Positions 52,101-59,889 of a stretch of DNA of 64,000 nucleotides are shown in pieces. The stretch is taken from NCBI GenBank assembly GCA_963508915.1, contig CAUOZE010000007.1:55-64054 (forward strand), in the 5' to 3' direction. The notes beneath the pieces were generated by a model. The model did not search any database and was not told the origin of the DNA. It saw only the letters and a program-made list of their open reading frames with translations. How positions within the stretch are numbered: the stretch's first letter is position 1; every line of letters starts with the position of its first letter. This stretch comes from an uncultured Deefgea sp. Its GTDB lineage: Bacteria; Pseudomonadota; Gammaproteobacteria; Burkholderiales; Chitinibacteraceae. The position numbers were made by a program, and so were the translations under genes.

Positions 52101-52210
52101 AAGAAATTAGAGAGACTTACAAAAAGCTCATTGAGTATCTTGATGTTGATGTCATGGGCCCGTCGATACATAGTGCAAGATGGCGAACCTCACGAGGTCT
52201 TAGTGATTAA
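49121..52210 (+). CDS. HD-phosphohydrolase / GHKL (Hsp90-like) ATPase fusion protein
   Basis: HYSRHDESHS, AAYWHDIG, QHAGR, MHG, RMGDLLD (HD); IRELLQNAVDA, DEGTG, GTFGIGLQS (GHKL). Confidence 0.85.
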   Translation: MSKALSMADMLIKHLNEKGSAHSGLSLLVNQWGFDEKLIPKALQTIGGLFPHYSRHDESHSKQILINIERLLGENIKLLTATDTWLLLEAAYWHDIGMVVPQEDIANTLKLAEFQQYLDSICNTPNHELERCARNLRTRNDSNSFFDARSPLEAVGQFGQLMAEWFRRQHAGRAAKTIQSPWDSAGISSPRTELIPARLFKLLGRICQMHGSPFEELLAPNGLPFREAGLAQEDCHPRFIACLLRMGDLLDLDDNRFCPVMQRIAGENRPKLSKAHEDKHAGLRHLRIDRERIEISAECETIDGYLETFKWFDWLKQEVQNQMVNWQDIVPSRDLGLLPTLGSLKVRLSGELQILKEGQRPQFGVDGVKAIELLQGNNLYSTKFSCIRELLQNAVDATLLRLWLSKSKRKSDTAEVWDSPLAEGARVALDSALVEVSLTETPEPNEDMTDKSTWTLTITDEGTGISREDLAYMLQIGGSHRNQQRQAKISAMPEWMKPSGTFGIGLQSVFLLCNEITLTTKSIFSNEILQITMHSPTGPHEGLVLLKILENDIGRSFGTEIKAKFQLDAFAKSWTISLGGNISLAEKFVNAMDPLDASFPYEAAKIADEFIAFSANSPIKIVPKLITSNGKQHIDVTAKVPISNVSNQWRFVNVNSHALALRYTPVVYGRSNWSLSLLYRGQPFEFKNKVYSHLQLEVDLMSGKAGHWLIANREKLAGSAEGELNKLILAALEQQVRSDIAAPEDIEMLHENNRPTYSFFLEVMALSHQGGWKELAQLFDKEWLALPCRSKIYPTFHDAFLAHSWTLGEAPSRGEPEVLGCDVLVDSPSWDATLHIVLNEWLKDDRRTVQVQVPELREESAVGCSEGDIPTTYLEDAVKYRVRYLLKKEKQEAYTNDALATRLAAVARQTSGNSRYLLNVDDIRWNKLWLKDDAQVMAQRLFDVTPRNAKFILLPFLFRGLVRGVGVSSEATSEQLDALCKWIQPNLVSTVTLEEIRETYKKLIEYLDVDVMGPSIHSARWRTSRGLSD

Positions 52211-52416
52211 ATGTTTAAGAATTGATGTATCAAAAATGGTTTTAGAAAATATTTTATATTAGCGAAGAAGTGAGTTAGCTATAGCGCGGCGACAGGGGTT
52301 TATGCGTTCTTAATGATGCATTTAAGTTTGTTGCTGCCTCAATTATCACGCCAGACCATCATTAGCCCCATCCCGTTTCATCCTGTGACTTGCAATTCTT
52401 GGCTTGAGTTAGTCTA

Positions 52417-52441
52417 GAATGTAGCCTTAAAAGCTACATTC
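52417..52441. promoter_or_regulatory. Putative operator of the MNT gene
   Basis: Perfect 9-bp IR GAATGTAGC-N7-GCTACATTC just upstream of an HTH-bearing gene. Confidence 0.55.
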
Positions 52442-52461
52442 GTAGCTAAAAAGGCAACGCT

Positions 52462-53061
52462 ATGCTAGCGGATTTATTACTTGGGCAGTATCGCAGACGG
52501 GTGCTGGCACTACTGCTGCTACACCCCGACAACGCATGGCATGTGCGCGAAATAGCGCGGTTGACGCAAACGCAAGCGGGTACACTCAACCGTGAACTGG
52601 CCAAATTGGCCGACGCTGGTGTGCTACTGGTGAGCAAGGTCGGTAATCAAAAGCATTACCGCGCTAATACTGATTGCCCCGTATTTTCTGAACTGGCGGG
52701 CTTGCTGCGCAAAACGGCGGGAGTGGCCGATGTGCTGACTGCGGCTTTGGCCGAGTTGGCTGAGCGAATTGATGTTGCCTTGGTCTTTGGCTCGGTTGCG
52801 CGCGGTGAAGAGCGTGCGGGTAGTGACATCGACGTGCTGGTGCTGGGTGAGGTTAATTTTGCCGAAGTGGTGGCGGCGTTATATCCACTGCAAGAGCAGC
52901 TTGGTCGAGAAATTAATCCCGCCGTATATAGCGTGGCTGAATTTGCCGACAAAACTGTACAGCAACAAGCATGGGCGATGGACGTATTAAAACAGCCGAA
53001 GTTATTTTTGATAGGTAATGAGCATGACCTTGGAAAACTTGCTGGCAAGTCAAAAAGCTGA
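52462..53061 (+). CDS. HTH + minimal nucleotidyltransferase (MNT-type antitoxin)
   Basis: N-terminal wHTH (WHVREIARLT...LNRELAKL); FGSVARG..SDIDVLV pol-beta motif. Confidence 0.88.
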   Translation: MLADLLLGQYRRRVLALLLLHPDNAWHVREIARLTQTQAGTLNRELAKLADAGVLLVSKVGNQKHYRANTDCPVFSELAGLLRKTAGVADVLTAALAELAERIDVALVFGSVARGEERAGSDIDVLVLGEVNFAEVVAALYPLQEQLGREINPAVYSVAEFADKTVQQQAWAMDVLKQPKLFLIGNEHDLGKLAGKSKS

Positions 53062-53065
53062 ATAG
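53024..53065 (+). pseudogene. Truncated 5' stub of the MNT partner (probable HEPN-like) gene
   Basis: MTLENLLASQKAE* overlapping the MNT 3' end; same start sequence at 59189. Confidence 0.45.
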
Positions 53066-53186
53066 CCAGCAGTTTTACCCTATTGCGTTGTAACGGCTAC
53101 AGGTGGACGCGGCTCGCCATTTACTTGAACACAAAGATATAGCACAGCTTTTCCTTGACCTAAAATCGCATATTTTTAATAAGAAC

Positions 53187-53942
53187 TCAGGCTAAGTCAT
53201 GAATAGTGCGACCAAGACTCAAGAAATAATTCTCAGTTACTCCGCGAGATGTTGAATGATTAACTATGAAAAAGTTCGTTGCTGGCGTTGGGCTCAATAG
53301 GACTGTTAATTGACAGTCAGGGTCAGGAGTTTCCTCTGTCCATATACTTTCCTGCCCAGTTACGGCTTGAACTATGCTTTTCCATGAGGGTAAATAAGTT
53401 CTCCCATAAAAAACAACATTTCTTGGGCGGTAGTTACGAATTTTCGTCGCTAATGTGTTTATTCGCTGAGGCTCAAGTTGGTTGCGATAAGCTCTGCGAT
53501 TTTGCAGCATAGTGTATTGGTGTTCTTCGGCCCAGGGAGTATATATCCAGCTAGTAATTCTTCTTGAAGCCAGAGGCATCAATTCAAGAAGACAGTGATT
53601 GGAGTTTGGTGTGCCAAACATGTTTGCTTGAAAGTCTCGTATCGCTTCAATATCAGCTCTTTTGTATCTTTGATACCCAAGGAGTATTCTGATTAGTCCT
53701 CTCCACGTAGGCTGAGTTGGGGGTCTCGCTCTATCAAAGTATTTGGACTTATCAATTACACGATGATACGTGACTAAATCAATGACGTCGCCAGCGCCCA
53801 GTCTTTGCCAGGCCTCTATTCGGGCTTGTGCTTCAGCTAAATCTTTGCCACCGCCTTCCTCCATGCCAATAAACCAAATTGGGGCTTTTAAATTGCCATA
53901 CCCGAAAAAATTATGAAGAAATCTGTCTATTAGCTCATGCAT
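53187..53942 (-). CDS. Uracil-DNA-glycosylase-superfamily-like protein
   Basis: GYGNLKAPIWFIGMEEGG resembles UDG motif A; FIVNHSTS resembles motif B; start set at MHELID. Confidence 0.6.
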   Translation of the reverse strand: MHELIDRFLHNFFGYGNLKAPIWFIGMEEGGGKDLAEAQARIEAWQRLGAGDVIDLVTYHRVIDKSKYFDRARPPTQPTWRGLIRILLGYQRYKRADIEAIRDFQANMFGTPNSNHCLLELMPLASRRITSWIYTPWAEEHQYTMLQNRRAYRNQLEPQRINTLATKIRNYRPRNVVFYGRTYLPSWKSIVQAVTGQESIWTEETPDPDCQLTVLLSPTPATNFFIVNHSTSRGVTENYFLSLGRTIHDLA

Positions 53943-54129
53943 ATACTCTCCATTGGAGTGACAAAAGTGTTTTTTATTGGCCGACTGTGAACTGTCACTA
54001 AGTTTATCTGCGGCGCATATTACGTGCATTAATCTCTGGCTAGGTAGTGTGGAATTGTTTGCTCATATTTGATTTGCAAAAGCGAGTTGCAGTAATTGTC
54101 GCGGCAAACCTTTCTGACTTCGTCATACA

Positions 54130-55587
54130 ATGAATTATTCACCAACGTATGATATTGATTCATTTATTGGCAGGCGAGCTATGGAAACACAAGTCTATTT
54201 TTCAGGTATTCGCAAAGAAATCATCCAGCGTTTGGACAAGGCAACAGAGCGGGTTTTGGTCGCGGTGGCGTGGCTTACCGACAAGTCGCTTTTTGATGCG
54301 CTAGTTTCGTGCCAGCGCCGTGGGGTGGTCGTTTCACTTGCGGTGCTAGACGATACAATTAACCGTCAATCCTCCATTGCTTGGGAGCGCCTAACTGCCT
54401 TGGGCGGTAATCTATACTGGATACCCGAAGGAACAGACCATCATGGCTCTTTGCATCACAAGTTCTGCCTGATTGATACGCATACCGTGATGAATGGCAG
54501 CTTTAACTGGACCTACCGCGCCAGCCGTGCCGATGAAAATATGACGGTGTTTGAAGGCGACGCAGCAATAGCTCTTCGTTTCCAGCAAGAATTTGTCCGG
54601 TTACTCAGCAAATATGGCCATGGCCCCGCGCCAGTGGTTATCGATTCCGCCAAGCTCATGGCGCGGCTATCAATTATTGCTAGCTTATTAGAATTGGCCG
54701 AATTTGACGAAATTCCCCAGCACATCAACAAAATTGCCAACGCCCAAGGGCAGACTGACATTGATAGTTTAATGCAATACGTTCAGCAACAAGACTGGCA
54801 AGCGGCGCAAGAAGTTGTGCGTTGCATTTTGTCTCGGGGTACGGCTGTTACGCTTTATCTTGACCCACTCGCAGAGGCGTTGAATTGGCAAATTCGCCTT
54901 CTGGAAATGGAGATTATTGCGCTAGAAACATCGCTAGGTGAAATGCTGCGGCAAATCCACTTGTTTGATTACCAGCAGAACCAAGCTATTGGTGATTTAA
55001 CGCGTGAATATCTAGAGGTTCGTTGGCGTTACTTGGCCCAGTTACATCAAAGAAAACAGCAGCAAAAAACATATGAGGACGCTGAGGCAGCCAAAAAAAC
55101 CTTCCATGATTATCAGCAAGCGCAATCCGAGCTTGCGCACGAAGCCCAGCCCATTGCACTTGATGCAGAGCAGCAAGCGGAGCTAAAACAGCTCTACCGA
55201 AAACTGGCTATGCAGAGCCACCCAGATAGGGTGGCTGCACATCTGCAAGAGCAGGCCAAGGTCTTATTTCAGCAATTACAGGCAGCCTATCAAAATAACG
55301 ATTTAGCGGCATTGCAGCGCATCAAGCTACAAATTGAACAAGGCCTTGCCCCAGTAGAACAGGTGGCCTTATCCATTGAGCGGCTAGAGCTGCGTATGAC
55401 TGAACTGCAAAGTGTTCAAGCGCAACTTGCCCAACAAATTGGAGCGCTGAGTCAGACCTTGGTTTGGCAAACGCTAAGCACGCACACGGATTGGGCGGTA
55501 TGGTTTGCCGAGCAAGCTGAGCGACTGAGAACAGAAATCGCAAATTATCGAGCACAGCTTGAAGAGCTTGAGGCGATGCCGATATGA
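54130..55587 (+). CDS. PLD-family (single HKD) nuclease domain + coiled coil + J-domain-like protein
   Basis: VAVAWLTD, HHKFCLID..NGSFNWT..ADEN; LKQLYRKLAMQSHPDRV...AKVLFQQLQAAY; alternative start ATG 54181. Confidence 0.85.
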   Translation: MNYSPTYDIDSFIGRRAMETQVYFSGIRKEIIQRLDKATERVLVAVAWLTDKSLFDALVSCQRRGVVVSLAVLDDTINRQSSIAWERLTALGGNLYWIPEGTDHHGSLHHKFCLIDTHTVMNGSFNWTYRASRADENMTVFEGDAAIALRFQQEFVRLLSKYGHGPAPVVIDSAKLMARLSIIASLLELAEFDEIPQHINKIANAQGQTDIDSLMQYVQQQDWQAAQEVVRCILSRGTAVTLYLDPLAEALNWQIRLLEMEIIALETSLGEMLRQIHLFDYQQNQAIGDLTREYLEVRWRYLAQLHQRKQQQKTYEDAEAAKKTFHDYQQAQSELAHEAQPIALDAEQQAELKQLYRKLAMQSHPDRVAAHLQEQAKVLFQQLQAAYQNNDLAALQRIKLQIEQGLAPVEQVALSIERLELRMTELQSVQAQLAQQIGALSQTLVWQTLSTHTDWAVWFAEQAERLRTEIANYRAQLEELEAMPI

Positions 55588-58244
55588 ATCTCGTCCCTAT
55601 TGGTGCGCAACTACCTACGGCTCTCACAAGGCGTTGCGATATTGTGGCGAGCACACTCGCTACCGTTGAGCAGCAAGAAATCATGCAGTTTTTTCGTGAT
55701 TTCCCTGAGTTGTTTTATTACTGCGTGCAACGGCACTATCCACTAACGGAAGAGCAAGTAACTCGCTATCCAGACTTTTGGGATTGGTCTCTATTGAGTA
55801 AAAATAGAGACTTGATGCGGTCTTATGATTTGGTTGAGCAGCATGCTGGAAAATTAAACTTGGGCTGGTTGAGTTGGAATGGGCTTTTGCCATGGTCAGG
55901 TGATTTGATTGAGCGTTATGCTGGCCAGTGGGATTGGAGGGCGCTAAGTTGGAATGGGGAGTTGCCATGGTCGGATGACTTGATTGAGCGTTATGTTTGC
56001 CAGTGGGATTGGAGGGCGCTAAGTAGGAATGGGGCGTTACCATGGTCGGATGACTTGATTGAGCGTTATGTTTGCCAGTGGGATTGGAGGGCGCTAAGTG
56101 GGAATGAGGCATTGCCATGGTCGGTTGATTTGCTAGGGCGTTATGTTGACCGCTGGGATTGGGGTTACTTAAGTAGAAATACAGCTTTACCATGGTCGAG
56201 TGATTTGGTTGAATGTTACGCTCTTCGATGGAATTGGGAGGAGTTAAGCTTCAATCACGCATTGCCTTGGTCAATTGAAATGATTGAACATTTCTCCGCC
56301 CAATGGGATTGGGAAAATTTGAGTTTGAACCACTCCTTGCTTTGGTCGTGTGAGTTGCTTGAACGTTTTGCCGACCAATGGGATTGGATAACGATAAGCT
56401 TTAATCGCGCAGCGCCTTGGACGCTTGAGTTAACGAAGCGTTATGCGAACACGTCGAATTGGCAAGGGCGGGGCGTAAATGGTTTCCTTCCATGGTCGCC
56501 TGATTTGATTGAGCGCTATGCTGACCGATATGATTGGGAAACACTGAGTTGGCATGTTATTTTACCGTGGTCGATTGATTTAATTGAATATTATTCTGAC
56601 CGATGGGATTGGGGTTCGTTGAGTTGGAATGATGGCGTGATTTGGTCGTATGAATTAATAGAGCGCTTTTCTGACCGATGGGCTTGGCCGATTCTAAGTC
56701 AATGCCATTCTTTGCCTTGGTCGAATGAATTGATTGAGCGTTATGCCCAGCGATGGAGATGGTTGGACCTGAGTTTAAATAGTCGTTTGCCTTGGTCTAG
56801 GGCCTTGTACCGAAAATTTAGCATGAAATTTGATACTTTAGCGGTCTCGACAATTGAAGACTTTGGTATCCAGTCTTTGCTGCCCCAGCAAATCAACCAG
56901 CTATTAACTGAAAACTTAGGGCGTCAATCAAAATTCAAACCTGAAAATAATAAACCCCTCGTGCATGACCAGGTGATGGATTCGGAATTTGAATGTAGCA
57001 AGACGGCTGATGTGACGGCGCAAAATTTAAGCGCAGAATACTACTCGAAAAAAAACTTAGTTAGCGCTGACCGCGCCAATGAAATTAGTGCACAGCTAAA
57101 CAATACGAACAGCGGTATCGACCTTGAAATGATGCAGGATGGGATTGTTTTAGCTGGCTATCACATCGAAAAAGGGGCGCGTACATTTGCCGCTTATGCC
57201 GAGGCAATGATTGGCGATTTAGGCGAGGCAGTAAAACCATATCTTAAATCATGGTATATGAGTGTGAAGTACGACCCTCGCGCTGCTGGCATAGAAGGCT
57301 TGAGCAGCGCCGCCGAGGTGGAAGCCGCTGATATTGATGCCTTAGCAACTCCCGAAGACCACGAAGCAGAGCTGGCAAACGACACTTTAGATGACGTGCA
57401 CGCGGATAGCACTGATGATGTGAAGGCAAGTAGTGCGGCTCTGGGGCAAGTAAAGATTGATCTTGTAAATGCACTTTACCACCGTGATAACATTTTTTTG
57501 CATGAGCGAAAGGCTAATATCTCCCCTGAACTGAGTGACCTCGAGCAGCGCTATGAAACCACCAAAGGCAAATTTGAGCTAGATACGAAGGGGGTTCGTA
57601 ACGCTTCAGAACTTCTCCCCGCACTCTCAAAAGTAATTGGCTTGCTGATGGAACAAGGCTTGCGAAGCTTTGCCGAGGTAGTTCAAACAACTTATTCATT
57701 GCTAGTTCGTAACGGGCTTGACACAAATTTACTGGCACAAGTGAGCGACCAGCGATGGGCCGCGGCCTACAACGGGGTTGCTGAGGATTACCAAGGTACG
57801 GAAGGTCTGGATGATGTGTGGAAACAAAGTGCAAAGGCAATTATTAAATCAATGCAGTCGGTCGTGCCAGGTGCTAGCTCTTATTTAACGTCCGAACAAG
57901 AGAAAGCCATTATGCCAATTTTGGTGCGCGTGTTAGATGTTGCTTTCCGTCTTGGGTATTACAAATTCAAGGATGCAGCAAAATTCATTCTTGATGAGAT
58001 TCGAGGGGCAATTAGCGCAGAAGTGGCCGACGCGATAACACTTGACAATTTGCAAGGTGCATACATTGCAATGTCAACTAGATACGAAAACGCCGACAGT
58101 GCCGAGGAAGTTATTGCGGTCAAAAGCGTCGATGAAATCAACGCGCACACGCTAATTGACCTTCACGCGCCGACCTACGAAGCCCACGAATCAGAGCTGG
58201 CCGACAACCCTGTGGATGATGTTGTGGAAGCGGAAAGCAGATAA
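55584..58244 (+). CDS. Trp-rich 25-aa repeat protein with C-terminal helical modules
   Basis: 14 repeats of consensus WDWxxLSxNxxLPWSxxLIERYxxx; C-terminal GARTFAAYAEAMIGDLGEAVKPYLKSWY; ATGA overlap with the upstream gene. Confidence 0.85.
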   Translation: MNLVPIGAQLPTALTRRCDIVASTLATVEQQEIMQFFRDFPELFYYCVQRHYPLTEEQVTRYPDFWDWSLLSKNRDLMRSYDLVEQHAGKLNLGWLSWNGLLPWSGDLIERYAGQWDWRALSWNGELPWSDDLIERYVCQWDWRALSRNGALPWSDDLIERYVCQWDWRALSGNEALPWSVDLLGRYVDRWDWGYLSRNTALPWSSDLVECYALRWNWEELSFNHALPWSIEMIEHFSAQWDWENLSLNHSLLWSCELLERFADQWDWITISFNRAAPWTLELTKRYANTSNWQGRGVNGFLPWSPDLIERYADRYDWETLSWHVILPWSIDLIEYYSDRWDWGSLSWNDGVIWSYELIERFSDRWAWPILSQCHSLPWSNELIERYAQRWRWLDLSLNSRLPWSRALYRKFSMKFDTLAVSTIEDFGIQSLLPQQINQLLTENLGRQSKFKPENNKPLVHDQVMDSEFECSKTADVTAQNLSAEYYSKKNLVSADRANEISAQLNNTNSGIDLEMMQDGIVLAGYHIEKGARTFAAYAEAMIGDLGEAVKPYLKSWYMSVKYDPRAAGIEGLSSAAEVEAADIDALATPEDHEAELANDTLDDVHADSTDDVKASSAALGQVKIDLVNALYHRDNIFLHERKANISPELSDLEQRYETTKGKFELDTKGVRNASELLPALSKVIGLLMEQGLRSFAEVVQTTYSLLVRNGLDTNLLAQVSDQRWAAAYNGVAEDYQGTEGLDDVWKQSAKAIIKSMQSVVPGASSYLTSEQEKAIMPILVRVLDVAFRLGYYKFKDAAKFILDEIRGAISAEVADAITLDNLQGAYIAMSTRYENADSAEEVIAVKSVDEINAHTLIDLHAPTYEAHESELADNPVDDVVEAESR
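55779..56828 (+). repeat. In-frame 75-bp tandem repeat array (14 units)
   Basis: Period 75 nt (e.g. CCATGGTCGG at 55965 and 56040); units 3-5 nearly identical in DNA. Confidence 0.9.
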
Positions 58245-58310
58245 CAGCCTGCTAACTTCATCCTGCTATTGTTTTAGGCTAATCGGATGATGAGTTAATG
58301 GCGCTGAATT

Positions 58311-58763
58311 TTAACCGTTCAACACAGGTACAAGCTGGCCGTTTTGCTGCTCGATGACGACCGTTGTTATCGCCAGCGGCTCATCAGGCAATTTGGGGTG
58401 GATTTGTCGGTAACCATTCGTTGGGCAGACCACCAATTGTGCTGGAACGGTTTTGGCTAAATGTTCAATCAGCTCGGCAAATAAATCCGCATGCCCATTT
58501 GGCGTGCGTAGCACGGCGGTACTAGTAATACCCTGCATCGATTCCCCGTTGGGCCCCACCAAAGTGAAATTTTTAGCCACGGGAATCCACTTTGCGGTAA
58601 GAAAATCCGACCTAGCGAGGCAACGCAATATATTGAGTTTTTCTGTATCTGTGCCGTGCAATGCATAGCTCTTGCCTGCTAGGCGTTGGATGTTCCCATC
58701 TTCGTCTGAATAGGCCCAGAGGTTGATAACGACTTCAGCTGTTTTGTGTGATTCACCCAGCAT
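58311..58763 (-). CDS. Hypothetical protein (150 aa)
   Basis: Clean ORF convergent on the repeat gene; no motif recognised. Confidence 0.65.
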   Translation of the reverse strand: MLGESHKTAEVVINLWAYSDEDGNIQRLAGKSYALHGTDTEKLNILRCLARSDFLTAKWIPVAKNFTLVGPNGESMQGITSTAVLRTPNGHADLFAELIEHLAKTVPAQLVVCPTNGYRQIHPKLPDEPLAITTVVIEQQNGQLVPVLNG

Positions 58764-58900
58764 GGCCTAATCCTTGGGAAGTTTAAAGACAACGGTTTTC
58801 ATTTGTATGAAGGTCCGCAGTTGATATGTGTTCTAGAATGTTTACGCCATATGTCAACCATGTGAAGCTGAGGCGTACTATGGCTATAGCCGAAGTTAGT

Positions 58901-59242
58901 TTTTCTTGGGGGCTTGCTGCGCAAAACTACGGCGGGGTGGTCGATGTGTTGACTGCGGCCTTTGCTGGAGTTGGCTGTGCGAATTGATTTTTTATTCAGT
59001 AGCGCACGGTGAAGAGCGTGTTGGCAGCTACATTAACGTGCTGGTGCTGAGAGAAGTGAACTTTGCCGAAGTGATGGCTCTACATCTATTGCACATAGTT
59101 GCCGAATTCGCAGACAAAGCCACTCTGGAACAAGCATGGGCGCTGGAGGTACTAAAATAGACGAAATTGTTTTTGATAGGAGGCGAGCATGACCTTGGAA
59201 AACTTGCGGGCCATTAACAAGCTGATTCGCTCCCCCGTGTAA
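58901..59242 (+). pseudogene. Degenerate second copy of the MNT gene plus partner stub
   Basis: Aligns by eye to ~52683-53040 (GGGCTTGCTGCGCAAAAC, TTTGCCGAAGTG, ACAAGCATGGGCG, GAGCATGACCTTGGAAAACTTGC), with deletions and a CAG>TAG stop. Confidence 0.85.
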
Positions 59243-59302
59243 CAAAAAGTCGTGTGCAGCAAGTACGGGGGACCACTTCGACTCTTTGCTGCAAAAGTCG
59301 TT

Positions 59303-59710
59303 TTAGAACCGCACGCTGGACGCGTCTTGAAACCCCTTGATAACATCGGGCTCAGATGAAAGTAGGCAAAAGAATTTTCGCTTTGTAATGTAGTTCTTGT
59401 GAAGTTTAGAAAACCATTCTACTTTTGTGTCCAATAAAACGGTGTCTTTAAGAAGTGATTCCTTCCCGAGTATGCGCAATTTGAACTCAGCGTAATCCCC
59501 TGAGAAGGGAGGGTACTCATTTGATGAGTATTGAAAGCAGTCAACAAGTCGAAACTGTGTTGGTTTCTCGATGCTACCTTCAACAACCCAGATGATGTCG
59601 TGAAGGCAGAGTTTTGGCTGGTTGTTCTTGCTGTAAACAGCGGAAATGCCTAGGGTGGCGTAGTCATGCCTCATAGTTTTTACGCTGTGATAAATATACC
59701 AGTGCTGCAA
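59303..59710 (-). CDS. Hypothetical protein (135 aa)
   Basis: ORF at the island right end; beta-rich looking, no certain family. Confidence 0.6.
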   Translation of the reverse strand: MQHWYIYHSVKTMRHDYATLGISAVYSKNNQPKLCLHDIIWVVEGSIEKPTQFRLVDCFQYSSNEYPPFSGDYAEFKLRILGKESLLKDTVLLDTKVEWFSKLHKNYITKRKFFCLLSSEPDVIKGFQDASSVRF

Positions 59711-59889
59711 TTCAGTCTCCTAAACTCTAATTTTTAAGTCGTCTCAGTTATTGATGTTTTACTGCATTGAAATCTTAATATTGATTTTATTGTGCGACTT
59801 GAATTTGTTGGCTATGAATTTTGGTTAATTTTTGATGAGAGAAGTTAAAAAGGTGTTACTAGAGGCCTGATTGGCTTTTTGACTTTGCT

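Noticed and set aside
55779-56828. Regular 75-bp repeats as a possible CRISPR array
   Set aside because: No unique spacers, period divisible by 3, fully in frame in a protein, and no cas genes.
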